Positions 9,701 through 21,900 of a stretch of 64,000 nt of DNA are shown in pieces. Under the pieces are notes generated by a model. It worked only from the letters and a program-made list of their open reading frames with translations. It did no database searches and was not told the DNA's origin. Position 1 is the first letter of the stretch, and each line of letters starts with the position of its first letter. The translations under genes and the position numbers were made by a program. The stretch spans positions 1-64,000 of the forward strand of contig MU005969.1 of NCBI GenBank assembly GCA_010093745.1. Direction: 5' to 3'. The stretch is from Piedraia hortae CBS 480.64. Taxonomy: Eukaryota.

Positions 9701-12625
9701 ATGGACCGCTTCAACTTCGATATAACTCCTGAAACGTCGGCTGATGAACGGTCGCGATCTAGATCAGGGTATAATGGCTTCAATCGACAGTCTCCCGTCT
9801 GTCCGGCCAGGATTGACCGCCAACCAGCGCGAAGAAGCAGAGACTACGGCGCCTGGAGCACCAGTCGTTCACGAAGTCGGGGTCCCATGGGAACGCAGGC
9901 CGAGGAGGAAATCATCAAGTACATCAGCCACCAATGGTCCTTCATGGCCCAGGAGAATTGCATCCCGATCAAAGTTGCGCTTCAGCTGATGGATTCGAGC
10001 TCTCTGGGACTGGAAGATCAGTACGGACGGTTTGAAGAGGCCCACGAGCAACTACAGAATGCGCTAAAATCGATTGTCAATGAACATCACCAAGGTTTCA
10101 ACAGCAGCATCGGAACATTTCACAAGATTCAGGCCGCCATATTGGCTTCGCAGCAAAGGGTGCGCACCCTCAAGACGGGACTTGGTCAGGCAAAGGGCAG
10201 TCTTGGCACTGCTAAGCCTGAGCTTAGGACGTTTGCCGGCAACAGCCAGACCTACGACGCTATGCTGCAGGTGCTTAGCGATATTGAGCATCTGCAAGCT
10301 GTGCCAGAGAAGCTGGAAGCCCAGGTTGGCGAGAAGAGATTTCTGGGGGCCGTAGAGACGTTGCAAGAGGCGCTTGTCCTGATTAGAAAGCCGGAGATGG
10401 AGGATATCGGGGCTTTATCAGACCTCCGAGTATATCTGGGCAACCAAGAGCACAGCTTGTCGGGCATCTTGATTGAAGAGCTTCACAGTCATCTTTATCT
10501 CAAGTCGCCTTATTGCGAGACTTCCACTCAAGATCTCGGCGGCGTTGCGGCGCAGGGCATGCGTGACTTTCTCGATCAGTACGACGGTGCGCCGATGCAG
10601 GAGGATCTCTCGGGCAACCCGGAAGCCAACACGTTCGAGTATATTCAGTTGTTGATTGAAAGCCTCAACAATTTTGGGAAGCTGGACAGCGCTGTAGAGG
10701 CCATTGACCAGCGGATGCCAGTGGAGCTATTCAAAGTAGTGGAGCGGAGTCATGGGGAAGTCGAACAGCGTCATCCGACTGCAAGTCGCACCCGACAAAA
10801 AACTATGGTGCCTGATGAGGAGCAGACTGCAGTTCTGCAGGATCTGCTGCTTACGCTATATGCCAAGTTCGAGGCCATTGCAGAAGCCCATCGTGTCTTT
10901 TACAATGTGACAATGGCAATTCTTAAACGCGAGGGGCAAGGTAAAGAAGACACGGCGAGATTAAGTCGCAACTTTCGTGAACTCTGGCAAGTTTTCCAGA
11001 GCGAGATTCGCTCTCTTTTGCATGATCATCTTGCGCCAGGCGGCGAGTCCGATGGCCAGCGAAAAGATTCACACGTGTCCGCCCATGTCTTCAGACCACA
11101 GGCTCGCGATAAAACCCGCAGACTGTTCCGGCTGACAGATATCGACCCCAAGTCGGCTGATTTTGCCTCTGAAAAGGAAGACCTCGAGTCTATACTCAAG
11201 ACTTCGGTTCCTGGGCTTGTCAACAAAGACTCCGGCCATACCATCTGCTACCGTGAGGATGAAATGGCTCATGACAAGAGCGGCACCGGTCACAAACTTC
11301 TCGTCGAGCCAAGTGTCTTCAACATGGCCATTCTCCTTCCTCCGACTCTGACTTTTCTCAAACGTCTAAAATCAATCGTCCCCCCATCTGCTCCAGGCCT
11401 TGCTCCAAATGGCCTCACAATCTTTCTCGGCGACTTTCTTCTAAATGTCTTCTACCCACAACTCGAAGAAACCCTACAAGAACTCTGCTCAGCAGCAACA
11501 TCCGGAGGCGAGGCTTTCCGTCTACACCCCGAGTGGCCCAAATACTCGTCCCGCCCCGTCCTACAAGGCGTAGTCCGTTTCTTTGACATCATCCAGCGAG
11601 TTTCTACTCTGCTCTCGGCTCTGCCTCATGAGCAAAGCTTCAGCACGTTGGTGCTAGACCAGATTGTAGCGTACAGAGAGAAATGCTCTCTCTGGTGGAC
11701 AGGAATGGTGGCCCGACCAAAGGGAGTCAAACTGGCAGCAGAACTCGCACATGAAGGTGAACTCGCCGAGTGTGCACAAGCGCGTATAAACGGCCAAGCG
11801 GATACACAACGTGAAGCATCACTGCTCATTTCCCTGGAGTTAGAGCGAGGCATTGACGATGCAGACCTCTTGTCAGACCCGAAGTCATTAGTGGCCATTT
11901 GCATGTTAACAGTCTCTATCAGGTGGCTGATTGCAAAGCTACGTGAGCTGCGCTACATTTCGCCAAAGGCTATCGAAGCTGAGCTGGGAGGAGCATGGCT
12001 TTCTACGAGCAATATCGATGTTGCAGCAATGGCACGTTTGCCTCTGAATGAGCGCACTGCGCGGGAAATGGACGCAATCCAGCTATCCCTTACCCAGTTA
12101 CAGGAAAATCTCTTGCGCGTGTTATACTTCGAGATGAGGATCTTCTTATTACATGGGATATATTCGTCAATGACGCGATCGTATCAGCTCGGACAGCCGT
12201 ACAACGACCCCGATCCAAGGATTCTACAGCTTGCAGAGGGGCTTTCGTCGTTGACGTCTTTGCTATCTACGCATCTACTGCAGACACAATACGCGCTGCT
12301 CGCGTCGGACCTCGATACCCTTGCTGATCAAGCACTTATTGCCTTTTCACCGAAAATCCAGGGGATGGATGTGTTTGGTCAGGAGAGAATGGCTCTTAAT
12401 ATTGCCGTTCTGAAGCAGAGTCTTAAATCGCTTGGAGGGGGGAATCTAGGCAAAGCAGATGAGTTTTGGGCGTTGGGAAGGAAAGGGTGTGAGAGTGTTT
12501 GGCGGGAGGGAGAAAATCTGGGAGTGAAGAAAGCGGAACTAAAGGCTCTCATGGCCTTGTCCTGGATACCAGAACGGGATGCTGCGGATGGGAGTGTAGA
12601 AGAGTGGGTGGAGAGGGTTTCATGA
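9701..12625 (+). CDS. SEC8: Exocyst subunit Sec8
   Basis: Motifs CIPIKVALQLMDSSSLG, IVNEHHQGFNSSIGTF, LIEELHSHLYLKSPY and GHKLLVEPSVFNM. Start codon uncertain (9701 preferred). Confidence 0.92.
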   Translation: MDRFNFDITPETSADERSRSRSGYNGFNRQSPVCPARIDRQPARRSRDYGAWSTSRSRSRGPMGTQAEEEIIKYISHQWSFMAQENCIPIKVALQLMDSSSLGLEDQYGRFEEAHEQLQNALKSIVNEHHQGFNSSIGTFHKIQAAILASQQRVRTLKTGLGQAKGSLGTAKPELRTFAGNSQTYDAMLQVLSDIEHLQAVPEKLEAQVGEKRFLGAVETLQEALVLIRKPEMEDIGALSDLRVYLGNQEHSLSGILIEELHSHLYLKSPYCETSTQDLGGVAAQGMRDFLDQYDGAPMQEDLSGNPEANTFEYIQLLIESLNNFGKLDSAVEAIDQRMPVELFKVVERSHGEVEQRHPTASRTRQKTMVPDEEQTAVLQDLLLTLYAKFEAIAEAHRVFYNVTMAILKREGQGKEDTARLSRNFRELWQVFQSEIRSLLHDHLAPGGESDGQRKDSHVSAHVFRPQARDKTRRLFRLTDIDPKSADFASEKEDLESILKTSVPGLVNKDSGHTICYREDEMAHDKSGTGHKLLVEPSVFNMAILLPPTLTFLKRLKSIVPPSAPGLAPNGLTIFLGDFLLNVFYPQLEETLQELCSAATSGGEAFRLHPEWPKYSSRPVLQGVVRFFDIIQRVSTLLSALPHEQSFSTLVLDQIVAYREKCSLWWTGMVARPKGVKLAAELAHEGELAECAQARINGQADTQREASLLISLELERGIDDADLLSDPKSLVAICMLTVSIRWLIAKLRELRYISPKAIEAELGGAWLSTSNIDVAAMARLPLNERTAREMDAIQLSLTQLQENLLRVLYFEMRIFLLHGIYSSMTRSYQLGQPYNDPDPRILQLAEGLSSLTSLLSTHLLQTQYALLASDLDTLADQALIAFSPKIQGMDVFGQERMALNIAVLKQSLKSLGGGNLGKADEFWALGRKGCESVWREGENLGVKKAELKALMALSWIPERDAADGSVEEWVERVS

Positions 12626-12782
12626 GATAATGCAGATCCACCTAGATACACGGATTCCCCCTACATATATTCATACTTTAGCGTCATGTCATCTGCATCG
12701 GCCCGTCCCTTATCGTGGCTATGCAAGGGCATGACGTCAGCGAGTTCCCATCCCGATGCCAATGCCACTGTGAAAGAACCCA

Positions 12783-14150
12783 ATGACCCACCTCCTAATC
12801 CTCCTCCACGGCCTCTGGGGCAATCCCTCCCACCTCCACTCCCTCCGCACAGCCATCGAAACCGAACATCCCACCCTCGAAGTCTTCATCCCCAGCACAA
12901 CCTCCCACTACCACACCTACGACGGCATCGAAGTCTGCGCCGAGCGGGTCGCCCATGAAATCGAAACACACATCACCTCTAATCCGTCCGTAACGTACGC
13001 AAAACTCAGCATCGTAGGCTACAGCCTGGGCGGCCTTATAGGCCGGTATGTCATTGGCCTCCTCTACGCCAACGGGCTCTTCACAACCCTCCAACCCATA
13101 AACTTCACCACATTCGCCTCCCCCCACCTCGGCGTTCGCTCCCTTGGGGACAAAGGTCTCGGAATATGGAACTACTTAGGAAGCCGCGTCCTCAGCACAA
13201 GCGGAACCCAGCTCTTCCTATCCGATACCTTCCGCGAAACAAATAAACCCCTCCTCGAAGTCCTCTCGGACCCGACCCGCATCTTTATAAAATCCCTCCG
13301 CCAGTTTAAAAAAATTACGCTCTACGCAAACACGAACAACGACCGCTCCGTGCCATATTACACAGCGGCTGTGACGGATAAAGATCCCTTTCTCGATCTC
13401 GACGCAGTCGAGGTCCATCCTCTATGGGAGAAGGTGGTGCTAGATCCCCTAAACCCCGCGTCCCCCATAACCCCCAGTCCAGTGACCTGGCAAGAGAGAT
13501 ATATAATGTCGAACCGCACGCGCGCGAACCTCCCTTTTTATGCCGTCCTGGCGGGTGTCCTCCCCATTGCGGTCCCCATTTTTTTGGCGAATGCGGGGTA
13601 CCAGACATATAAATCTGCGCAGAGGGTTAGGGAGCATGAGAGGGGGGATGTGGGGAGGTTTCGGGAGAGGATTTTGGAGGAAGTGAGGGAGGGGATGGAC
13701 AACGTTGAGGCGGAGACGAGAGAGATGGTCCAGGGGGAGGGGGGATTTCTGCCTACACCGCCGCCGGAGAGGCGGGGCAGTCCTGGGGGGAAGGAAGGGG
13801 GAGAGGATGGGGGTAGTCGACCAGAGAAGCAAGCTATCGCTCCCGGGGGACTGGAAGGAGTCGAGAACGAGAGGGGAAATAGACCTGAAGAGCAGCAAAG
13901 CAACCCTCCCAACGAGCAGCAAACCAAACCTGAGGAACAGCCAGAGGACTGGCCACCAACCCTCTCTCTTTCAAAAACTCAAAAAACCATCATGACGAAT
14001 TTACGGAAAAATGTCAATTTCACTGCGTACCCCGTTCATATAACCAAGGTGAGACATACGCATGCGGCAATCGTGGTCAGGAGGGAGGATGAGAATTTTA
14101 CGGAGGGCTGGGAGGTTATTGGACATTGGGTGGGGGGGTTTGAGATTTAG
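12783..14150 (+). CDS. DUF676 family putative lipase/serine esterase
   Basis: HLLILLHGLWGNP, nucleophile motif GYSLGG, FTTFASPHLG, YANTNNDRSVPYYT, HTHAAIVVR. Confidence 0.9.
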   Translation: MTHLLILLHGLWGNPSHLHSLRTAIETEHPTLEVFIPSTTSHYHTYDGIEVCAERVAHEIETHITSNPSVTYAKLSIVGYSLGGLIGRYVIGLLYANGLFTTLQPINFTTFASPHLGVRSLGDKGLGIWNYLGSRVLSTSGTQLFLSDTFRETNKPLLEVLSDPTRIFIKSLRQFKKITLYANTNNDRSVPYYTAAVTDKDPFLDLDAVEVHPLWEKVVLDPLNPASPITPSPVTWQERYIMSNRTRANLPFYAVLAGVLPIAVPIFLANAGYQTYKSAQRVREHERGDVGRFRERILEEVREGMDNVEAETREMVQGEGGFLPTPPPERRGSPGGKEGGEDGGSRPEKQAIAPGGLEGVENERGNRPEEQQSNPPNEQQTKPEEQPEDWPPTLSLSKTQKTIMTNLRKNVNFTAYPVHITKVRHTHAAIVVRREDENFTEGWEVIGHWVGGFEI

Positions 14151-14299
14151 ATCTTTGGGGTGGGTTGGGTATTTTTGTTATGGGTTGGTTGTTTGTTTGC
14201 GTGTATGGGGATTTGAAGGGGTCATAGATTGTGGTGTTTATCCGAATGTGATTTTTGCGAAGGGTTATTTTTATGGAGGGTTGGCTTTTTAGATGTGAA

Positions 14300-15005
14300 A
14301 CTGAGAATTACGTTCCGGAAACGTGAGTGCTCACCAGAGATTTTATGCATATATGCCTTTCGGAAGCCACTACTGATCTTGGGAGCTCGCAAACAAGAGA
14401 AGAAGAAGAAGAGGCCAGTAATTGTACCATCCCCACTCCACCTTCCTTATATACGACTGCCGCTTGTTCTGGGACGCCTTTGTCCCAGCCTCGCACGGGT
14501 CCCTTTGGGAAATTCAAACCCAAACAGGCACATCTGAATTCTCAGGAAATCTAAACGTTCGCAGTCTGTTTTATCACGAGTTCTACGAAGAAATCGGCCA
14601 TCCAGCTATGAGCGTTCTGAAGTGAGTATGCTCACCACACGTCCCTTTCCTGCCCTTTAGGAAATTCTGCTGGTTAGGCCAGTAGCGAGGCTGCACTCTC
14701 CATCATCTCTACATACGACTACCGCTCGTTCAGATGCACCCTCCTTCCCAGCCTCACGAGATGCTTTTGGAAATGCAAATACTCGAACGAGCGATATATC
14801 TGATTTTGGGGGATCGAACCCTCCGCAGTCTGTTTATCGCGAGTTCTACGAATAAATCGGCCATTCCGTCATGTAATTCGAGAAGAGCTCCGGAAAGTGG
14901 GTATTCTTACCAGATGACATCCCCCTTCTTAGCGTTCTTAAAAAAACTGTATGGCACTGCCCTGTGGAAAATAGAAGAAGCCAGTCGCGAGGCTGTAATA
15001 TCCTC
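14300..15005. repeat. Degenerate tandem repeat, about 2.5 copies of a 265-300 bp unit
   Basis: CGCAGTCTGTTTTATCACGAGTTCTACGAAGAAATCGGCCAT (14560) matches CGCAGTCTGTTTATCGCGAGTTCTACGAATAAATCGGCCAT (14825). ATACGACTGCCGCT matches ATACGACTACCGCT. A GCCAGT anchor recurs at about 14414, 14678 and 14980. Confidence 0.75.
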
Positions 15006-17243
15006 GGCTGAATGCAGCGGAAGAGATATCACACTTCTCTCCAGTAAATTCTTCTTCCCTATGTTGTGCACTTTCTCCTTTCTTTTCCATGCCCAATAAT
15101 TCCGTTCCGTTCCGGGATTCACTTCCTGTCCCTCTCTGTATTTCACACTTTGCAGCCAATTCTGCACGGGTGCTGGGCATCGATAGTCCGCAACCTTCTT
15201 GAAAGGCATCGTTGCGTATCGACTGTGGGAAATCAAAGGAGGATTTAACACCCGGTAGACCACGAAGTTGTGTACCGTTCTGCCGTTACAACTGATCGAG
15301 TGCCCTGACTACAAAAGATTCGATCTTGCACGGTAGGGGGATGTGAAGCTCAGGGAGGGAATTCATTGGTTAGGAGGACTTGCTTTGAAAGGAGGGAGGG
15401 TATCAAGTTGTGCGAGACTGGGGTCGGAACCGGAAGAATCAAAAATTTTCGTATACTGAGGTTTTTTGGAGGTTTAAAAGAAAATCTGAACGGAGGAGAT
15501 TCAAAGCAACTGGATTCTGACATGACTTGGGGCGTCAGAACTCTCCCAGTGCGGTAATGGAATTGGATGTGCATAGCCTGCTGAAACAAAGTTCTTCCCG
15601 AATGGAGGATAGGGTGTGCAATTTAAGGCAAGGCTTATGACTTCTGCTTCGAAGAGGATGCGTCTTCTTACCAAAGTGTCGTTCAGCAAAGGGTTTTTTT
15701 TTGGTAGAGAATGATCGGGAGGAAGGTTTGGATGGTGACGGGGAAGGTCACTTTCGCAGAAGGAGGTGGGATTGAATGGGCACTAGCTCCACTTGGAAGA
15801 CATCAATACTGTCAAACCTGATGCAGTGGATCCTTGACATAGCAAACAGGAATTTTGCGCCAGATCGATCCGCTACAACCACATTCAATAGTGTCTTAAG
15901 AGTTTGTATTCTGGGTAGTTGTCTCCTTTTATTTAGCCATGTATGGCTTCCCATCTCTACAAGAGTTAAATATCCATCATTGCCCTTCCAAAAGCAAATT
16001 CCCACTGATAGAGTCTAGACGAAACCCCAATATATCTGGCTTGCAAAGAAGCAAGATGGAATTAAAATTCTGTACCTGCTATGATGTTAATTAAACCACC
16101 TATTTATATAGACTTCGCAGAAAACCAGCTATCTTTTAGTTCTGTCTTTCACTAACTTACCACAATTCTTTTACAACGATACGAATTATCTCTTTGACCT
16201 TTTTAAAGGCCGAGTTGAGACTTCGTTCATGGGTCAATGTGCGTAGTGAGAATTGGGATCCGATGAAATCTATCTCATCAGCTGTCCGCGGACTATCAAA
16301 TTACATCTCTTGATTTTGCCATGGCCCTCGAGTAATCGACCAAATATAAGTGGATGAAGGACGGCATTGTTTTACGCCGTTCCCTTTGGCTCAAAGTCGA
16401 CCGTGCAAATAGTGGAGTGTATAGAAGAGTACTCGAGCAAAGTAATTGCCAGTCTTGGCACAACCAAAAATTTATAGAAACAATTGCGAAAAAACAGATT
16501 CCTTATAGTCTATGTAGCAATTGAACTACTTCCACAACAAACTAAGCCCGGAGGAGGAGGATTTCCCCTGATCTACACCTTCTAACAGCAATCCCAACGC
16601 AGATAGGGCCAGGAGGCCCCAACACAAACAACAAAATCTCAGTGGATGACATCGGCTAAGGTCCCTCTGTAATGATGAACCAAGTAAAAGGGACCCATCT
16701 CCTTCAGTCTGTATGGACCCGGCAGTGCACATATTGGCTCGACAAGGTACGAATTAAAACAGGCAGAAATTGCTGTCCTAACACTTATTTGAGCCGGGAT
16801 AGAAGCTCCCCAACCTGTCAGAAGGATGTGGCACCTACCATGACCAGAACTGTAGATAAAAGTCGAAACTTCTCAGGGTTTTTACCTCTATAGAGGAAGT
16901 TTCCCTGGGACGGGTCATTGTCTTGTTCATGCTTAAGGGCATGGTTCGCTGACGTTGTCCTGGCGAATGCGGTTAGACTGAAGTAGTATGGGGAAAATTT
17001 CGAACCTCACCTCATATAGATATAGACATCTACATTTCACTTTTTCAGTCAAAGTTGAGTGAAAACATTTGTCATCGATACCCGCTCCCCTTTAGTCCTC
17101 GGAGGTTCACCCTTCAGACACATCGCATGGCAATTGTAACAATATATGTCGAGAAAAGGTTGACAGGACTGATGTGGTGAACCAGTCCAATCATGCCCTG
17201 TTCAGTAGAATAAACCAATCATTTGTCCCTGCGTCTGTGGAAA

Positions 17244-17890
17244 TCACTGTGGGCTGAAATCCCGCCAAGTGAGCTCCCCACCACCAAGAATGAGCCGACG
17301 AAGCTCATGAGCGCATGAAATACCGTACTGCAATTGTGCATAGATTTTGCCATCGTGGATTGTGTGGTGGATCGTGAACATCTTGACTCTCCTAGTCCAC
17401 TGGATATCATCATAACACCCTGATACCGAGATTGCTGTCTTGGCCGCCGCAACAATGTAATCGAAGAGGTCCTTGGCAGTTTTCTGGTCTCGAATGTCCC
17501 ACTGTGGTCGCAGTTTGGGGTCAATGCGCTCCATGATGATCGCAAAAGCATAGGGTTGAAGAGAAAACGAGCCACACCCGACTTCCTTACCAAGCAGTCT
17601 TTTGCAAGAGCTATTTGGGTTTGCCATCGCGGCTCTTCAGGGGTTTTCAATCGAGTATAAGTACCAGAGGCTGGTTGGACCTCGGCACAGTCACTACATG
17701 CGGCGGGAGCTATTCTTCATGAACCACTGGTCATACTTTGCAGTATCTGTTTGGCTTGATACTGCTGGCTTCTTAACCGACTGGGCCATGCGAGCTGTAC
17801 TCAACATAACCTACCAAGCTATGCATTGCCAGGGCCCCAATGACCGAATGGTACCAGGTGGTACATGATTCCCGGTAATTCGTGTGAGCC
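17244..17890 (-). mobile_element. Decayed Ty1/copia gag-like fragment(s)
   Basis: TWYHSVIGALAMHSLVGYVE, KYDQWFMKNS and AFAIIMERIDPKLRPQWDIRDQKTAKDLFDYI resemble the N-terminal and UBN2-type gag segments. They are split across reading frames. Confidence 0.5.
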
Positions 17891-18293
17891 GTGATTCGTA
17901 GGAAAAGAGTAATGTACAGCGGAAACTCTAGAGTCCCCTGACGGCAGGGACTTAGCTCAGTATGCGCCGTCTTCTCGGCGTCTTGGTCGCCAAAAGCCGT
18001 ATCAGGATCGATAGCAAGTGCGACGCGGAAGGGATGCGAAATACCCCGGAGGCGGATTTGGTTGAGAGCTGCCCCACGGAGGAGTAAAAACTTAAGCAAG
18101 TTGCTTCTGGCCAGATTCGAACCAGTCGCGATTTGCAGCAAAACTAGTTGCAGGAGCACTTTGAACGGTTCTAACTCCTGTCCAGCGTCAGAAATGGAGC
18201 GCGATCAGGGAACGCCTTTGACATGGGACGAGGAGTTGCGGTTGTAACAATGCCGTTTTCCAGCTTGCGAACAGAGCTGGTCGTGGGTTCTGC

Positions 18294-18930
18294 TCATTGG
18301 AGCAAAGAAAAGACCCGTGCGACCCGTGTTGGGTCTTGGAAAAACTCGATAAGCTGACCCGCTGTTGTAATAAATAAGCTCTTGCTGTCATATTGACAGT
18401 TGACCCAATTTTTGAAAATCGTGTAGTGACTTGCTGTCCCAACTGGTCTGCATTTTTTTCCGAGAAAGCCCCAAATCCCCTTTGAGGTTTGGAAAGTTTT
18501 GATGAGGGCCACGTAGAGTTACACGTATCCAGTATGATGGAATGTGCTTTTACATTTTGTGCATCCCAATCTCCCAATCGTGACGTGAACTCTTGCTTGG
18601 CCTTTAAGAACCAGACACCACTGGCTTTGGGCTCCTTCTTAACGGTGAACCCAATCTCTTTTCTGTTTTCTGGTGAGATAAAAAATTGTATAAGATCATC
18701 CCCGGCGCAAGTCATGCTGGAGTCGTCGTAGACGAAGAGTCCTCCTTCCGCGGCAAATCAAAGGTCATCAGCGAGTGCGTACTTGAAGCTTGCCAAGTCG
18801 GTTTAGGTCGAGTCCCATTCACAAAGCCCAGTGCTGCGCAATAGCGATATGATCTGACTTTGCCAGGTACGATACGCCTTGTTTCCGTCGAGCTTGGAGA
18901 TTCTCAGGTGGAGATCGTATCGTCAGGCAT
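18294..18930 (-). mobile_element. Frameshifted Ty1/copia gag relic
   Basis: Collinear motifs in shifting frames: ISKLDGNKAYRTWQSQIISLL, LGFVNGTRPKP, WDAQNVKAHSIILDTC, LIKTFQTSKGIWGFLGKKCRP. Confidence 0.7.
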
Positions 18931-21900
18931 CCTGTGATGGATTGAATATGATTATAGGGTTATGTTTTGCGTGCCTAGCATTTAAGGGCTCAAAATCAGT
19001 GAATAAAATGGACGGGGGAGTGTCGACCACAACTCGAGTGTATCACTCATCAAAATGGCATATCCGTGGGATGAAGCTTCCACCGCCTCCTGCGGGATTT
19101 CATCCCATGAAGACGGGTGTGAAACTGATGCCAGAGTTCTAGTTAGCGCCAACATTAGAAACGGAGGAAACGAAGAGAGTGTTAGATCCCAACCCCCCTT
19201 CCAATACCCATCAGAAAGAAGGTGGATTTTACTTACGTCACTCCCATGTGGTGGATTGTTGCATGGTCAACAATGTAATGTCGTGAAGTGAGGTGAGAAA
19301 GCTTCCCCACTCTACAGGTCTAGCCGCCCTCACCGAGACCACGTCACCGAACATGCACTGTAGCATTAGCTGAACCGTGTAATGAAGTTAAGATGGCACA
19401 AAATGTGCATGGCTATGGCCGCAGATTTGACTGCCCGTCGGCTTTGGAATTGCGACAAACGTCATACCGATGACAGAGTTGCTAAGGGAATTGAACGATA
19501 GCTACGCAGTCTATCGGAATGTTTGCATCTGTGTAGGGCAGCTCTTGTGATGTGTTGCCCTCTTATAAATTTGCACGTGGGTGTTCGTCACAGACACGTG
19601 ATTTGATAATCCTTATCGAAAACATTCATTGCAAGCGTACTTCCGGGGAAGTTGTTGTAACTATTTGCATGGCAAAACGTATCTTTGCTTGAAAGGTGTA
19701 CTTAAACGCTCTGAAGATGAAAAATTGCCATTTTGGAAGGTACACGAAAATCCGTACCGGGGTAGGGTCCTCGCAGGGTCTGAGATGTCTGGACTTTCAA
19801 GGATTGTCAATGTGTATTCTGGCGGAAAAAGGTGGAACCCTCAGGTATCAAATGTAATGTCAATTTTGCCAAAGAGTACTTTTTTGAAGACAAGTATAAC
19901 TCAGTGCGTAAAAGCTGTAAAACTGCTCTTTTGTAAGATGTGATAAAAGTCTATCCTCAGGGGTTGATGCCTGGATGCCTGGAGATTGTTCAAGGACCGA
20001 CGAAAAGAGATGGGCATTGTCAGGCCCGAGAGGCCGGAGGGCACAAATGACGGAGCTAAGCGGTGTGCGCTACTCTATATTGATTAAATGACTAGAACAA
20101 CGCGTAAAGGCCAAAAGGGCAACTGTCTCGGTGTTGTAGGATTTCACGGGCCGTGCCGAGACCACGTGACGACAAGTTGACTGAGATCCTGACAGGCATG
20201 TGGAAATTTGTCGTATCTCAAAATACAATAGTAGTATTTTTGCGAAAGGAGTATACTTAACTCTTGGAAGTTGAAAGATTGCCCTTTGGGAGATGTACCG
20301 GAACTCTAATTCACATGTCTCAATGGGCTGTTTCCCGGGCTCATAACTATAACGACTCTACCCTACAAGAAAACACCTATTCTTCGAAGAGTCTTCCATG
20401 TCTCGCCGACCGCGGCACCGTGCCATTCACTTCCATTACTCCCCCAACGACAAACACCCCCACCCTTACTGCGATACCAACCGGCCCGAACAAGCATGGC
20501 CGGAACAAGCCTGCTTGATGGTGTCGGACCGACGGCGGCTGCCCTCCGGCAGTACGAAGAGAAGCAATTGTGGGGGTTCCACCGACTTGGAGGCCTCACT
20601 CCAATAACGCGCAGCCCCCTCGAGTACGTCCATGCCCCGGCACCTGATTATCGGCGGGCGCGGACGTCCCCACCGCGGACCTGGTACACCCGCACGAACT
20701 GCCGCAGAAATGCTGAGCCACAGCCGGGTCTGGACGGCCTCCGTGGCTCCCGACAGCGACGCATACTGTTGGCATGAAGTCTCGTTGCTATCAGTGTACG
20801 ATGCCACTGCGCGACACCTCTTACACCAGCAGCTGCACCCTAGGTTTTGTCCTCACAGAGGTTTCCCTCAGGGTCATGTCGCATGCGACATGGTGAATGC
20901 GCCCTGCTACTGTTATGAGGTGAGTCATGGAGTAAGACTGCATGCTGACAGTCTTACTGCATGTATGACCACTTGCTTATGGTCATACAATTGATGACTC
21001 TTCATACGAGGCTACGCACGGGCCTTCCAGCCCAGAATATATTCTCTGATGTTCCCTCGAAGATATACTTGTATTCACTCATAAAACACATCTCTACTTT
21101 CCATCCATCGTTCTCACTCATACATACTATCTGTCTTCGTCACATACCGCCCATGCAGTTATAGGAACCTGATTGATGGTCAGGCATTTGTACGACTTCG
21201 CAAATATGTGTCAAAAGTTACTGGAGCTTTTCTGTAACGATTTATGGGAATGACATTGATGTTTTGTTTTTCTGCGGAGGATTTCGGTGTGGACATGTCC
21301 GAAAAGATGAAAGGCATCGCTCTTTTATAGATAATTGTCGGAGGATTGGATGACCTCCGAGGAGCACCCGTAAATTCTGCGTCTGTACGCCACCCGGACG
21401 TCGTGCGGTCGAGAATCTTGGCTACGGCCATACGCTGGTTCAAGCCATTTGGATCTCAGAGGGCCGGGGGCTTTGGTTGGGATTTGAGCTTTTACACCCT
21501 TTGGTGAAGATGCGTGAGGCGGATTACGATGTAATCGAAGGCAACGAAATTTGTGAAATGAATGGTCTTGAGAAACACTGGAAATATGTGTGGGGTATAT
21601 AGGAGAAAAACGAATTTTTCCGAGAGCCTCGGACAAGGAGAACAAAGTAACGGCCTGACTATCTGGTCATACTACACAAGCCTCATTAAGTAATGATGGT
21701 TGACTAATGGGTGGTGGTCTAGACAAATAATCAATGCTGCATGGCGGTTTCCATTATTTTCAAATTCAAGTAGCAAACAACTCGACGAACATGAAACAAG
21801 CTCTTCGTTTGTCTCCTGTGTTCGTAAGTATCTCTATTCGCAAACTATCATATTTCCTTTCCCACAATCAAACTCTCAAAGGGGCCTCACTCTTTCTCCC

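Noticed and set aside
19333..20168. 12-bp direct repeat CCGAGACCACGT about 820 bp apart as a possible LTR pair
   Set aside because: The similarity does not extend, and I found no TG...CA termini or target-site duplication.
20496..20994. GC-rich overlapping ORFs of 93 and 120 aa
   Set aside because: They have no recognisable motif or convincing gene structure.
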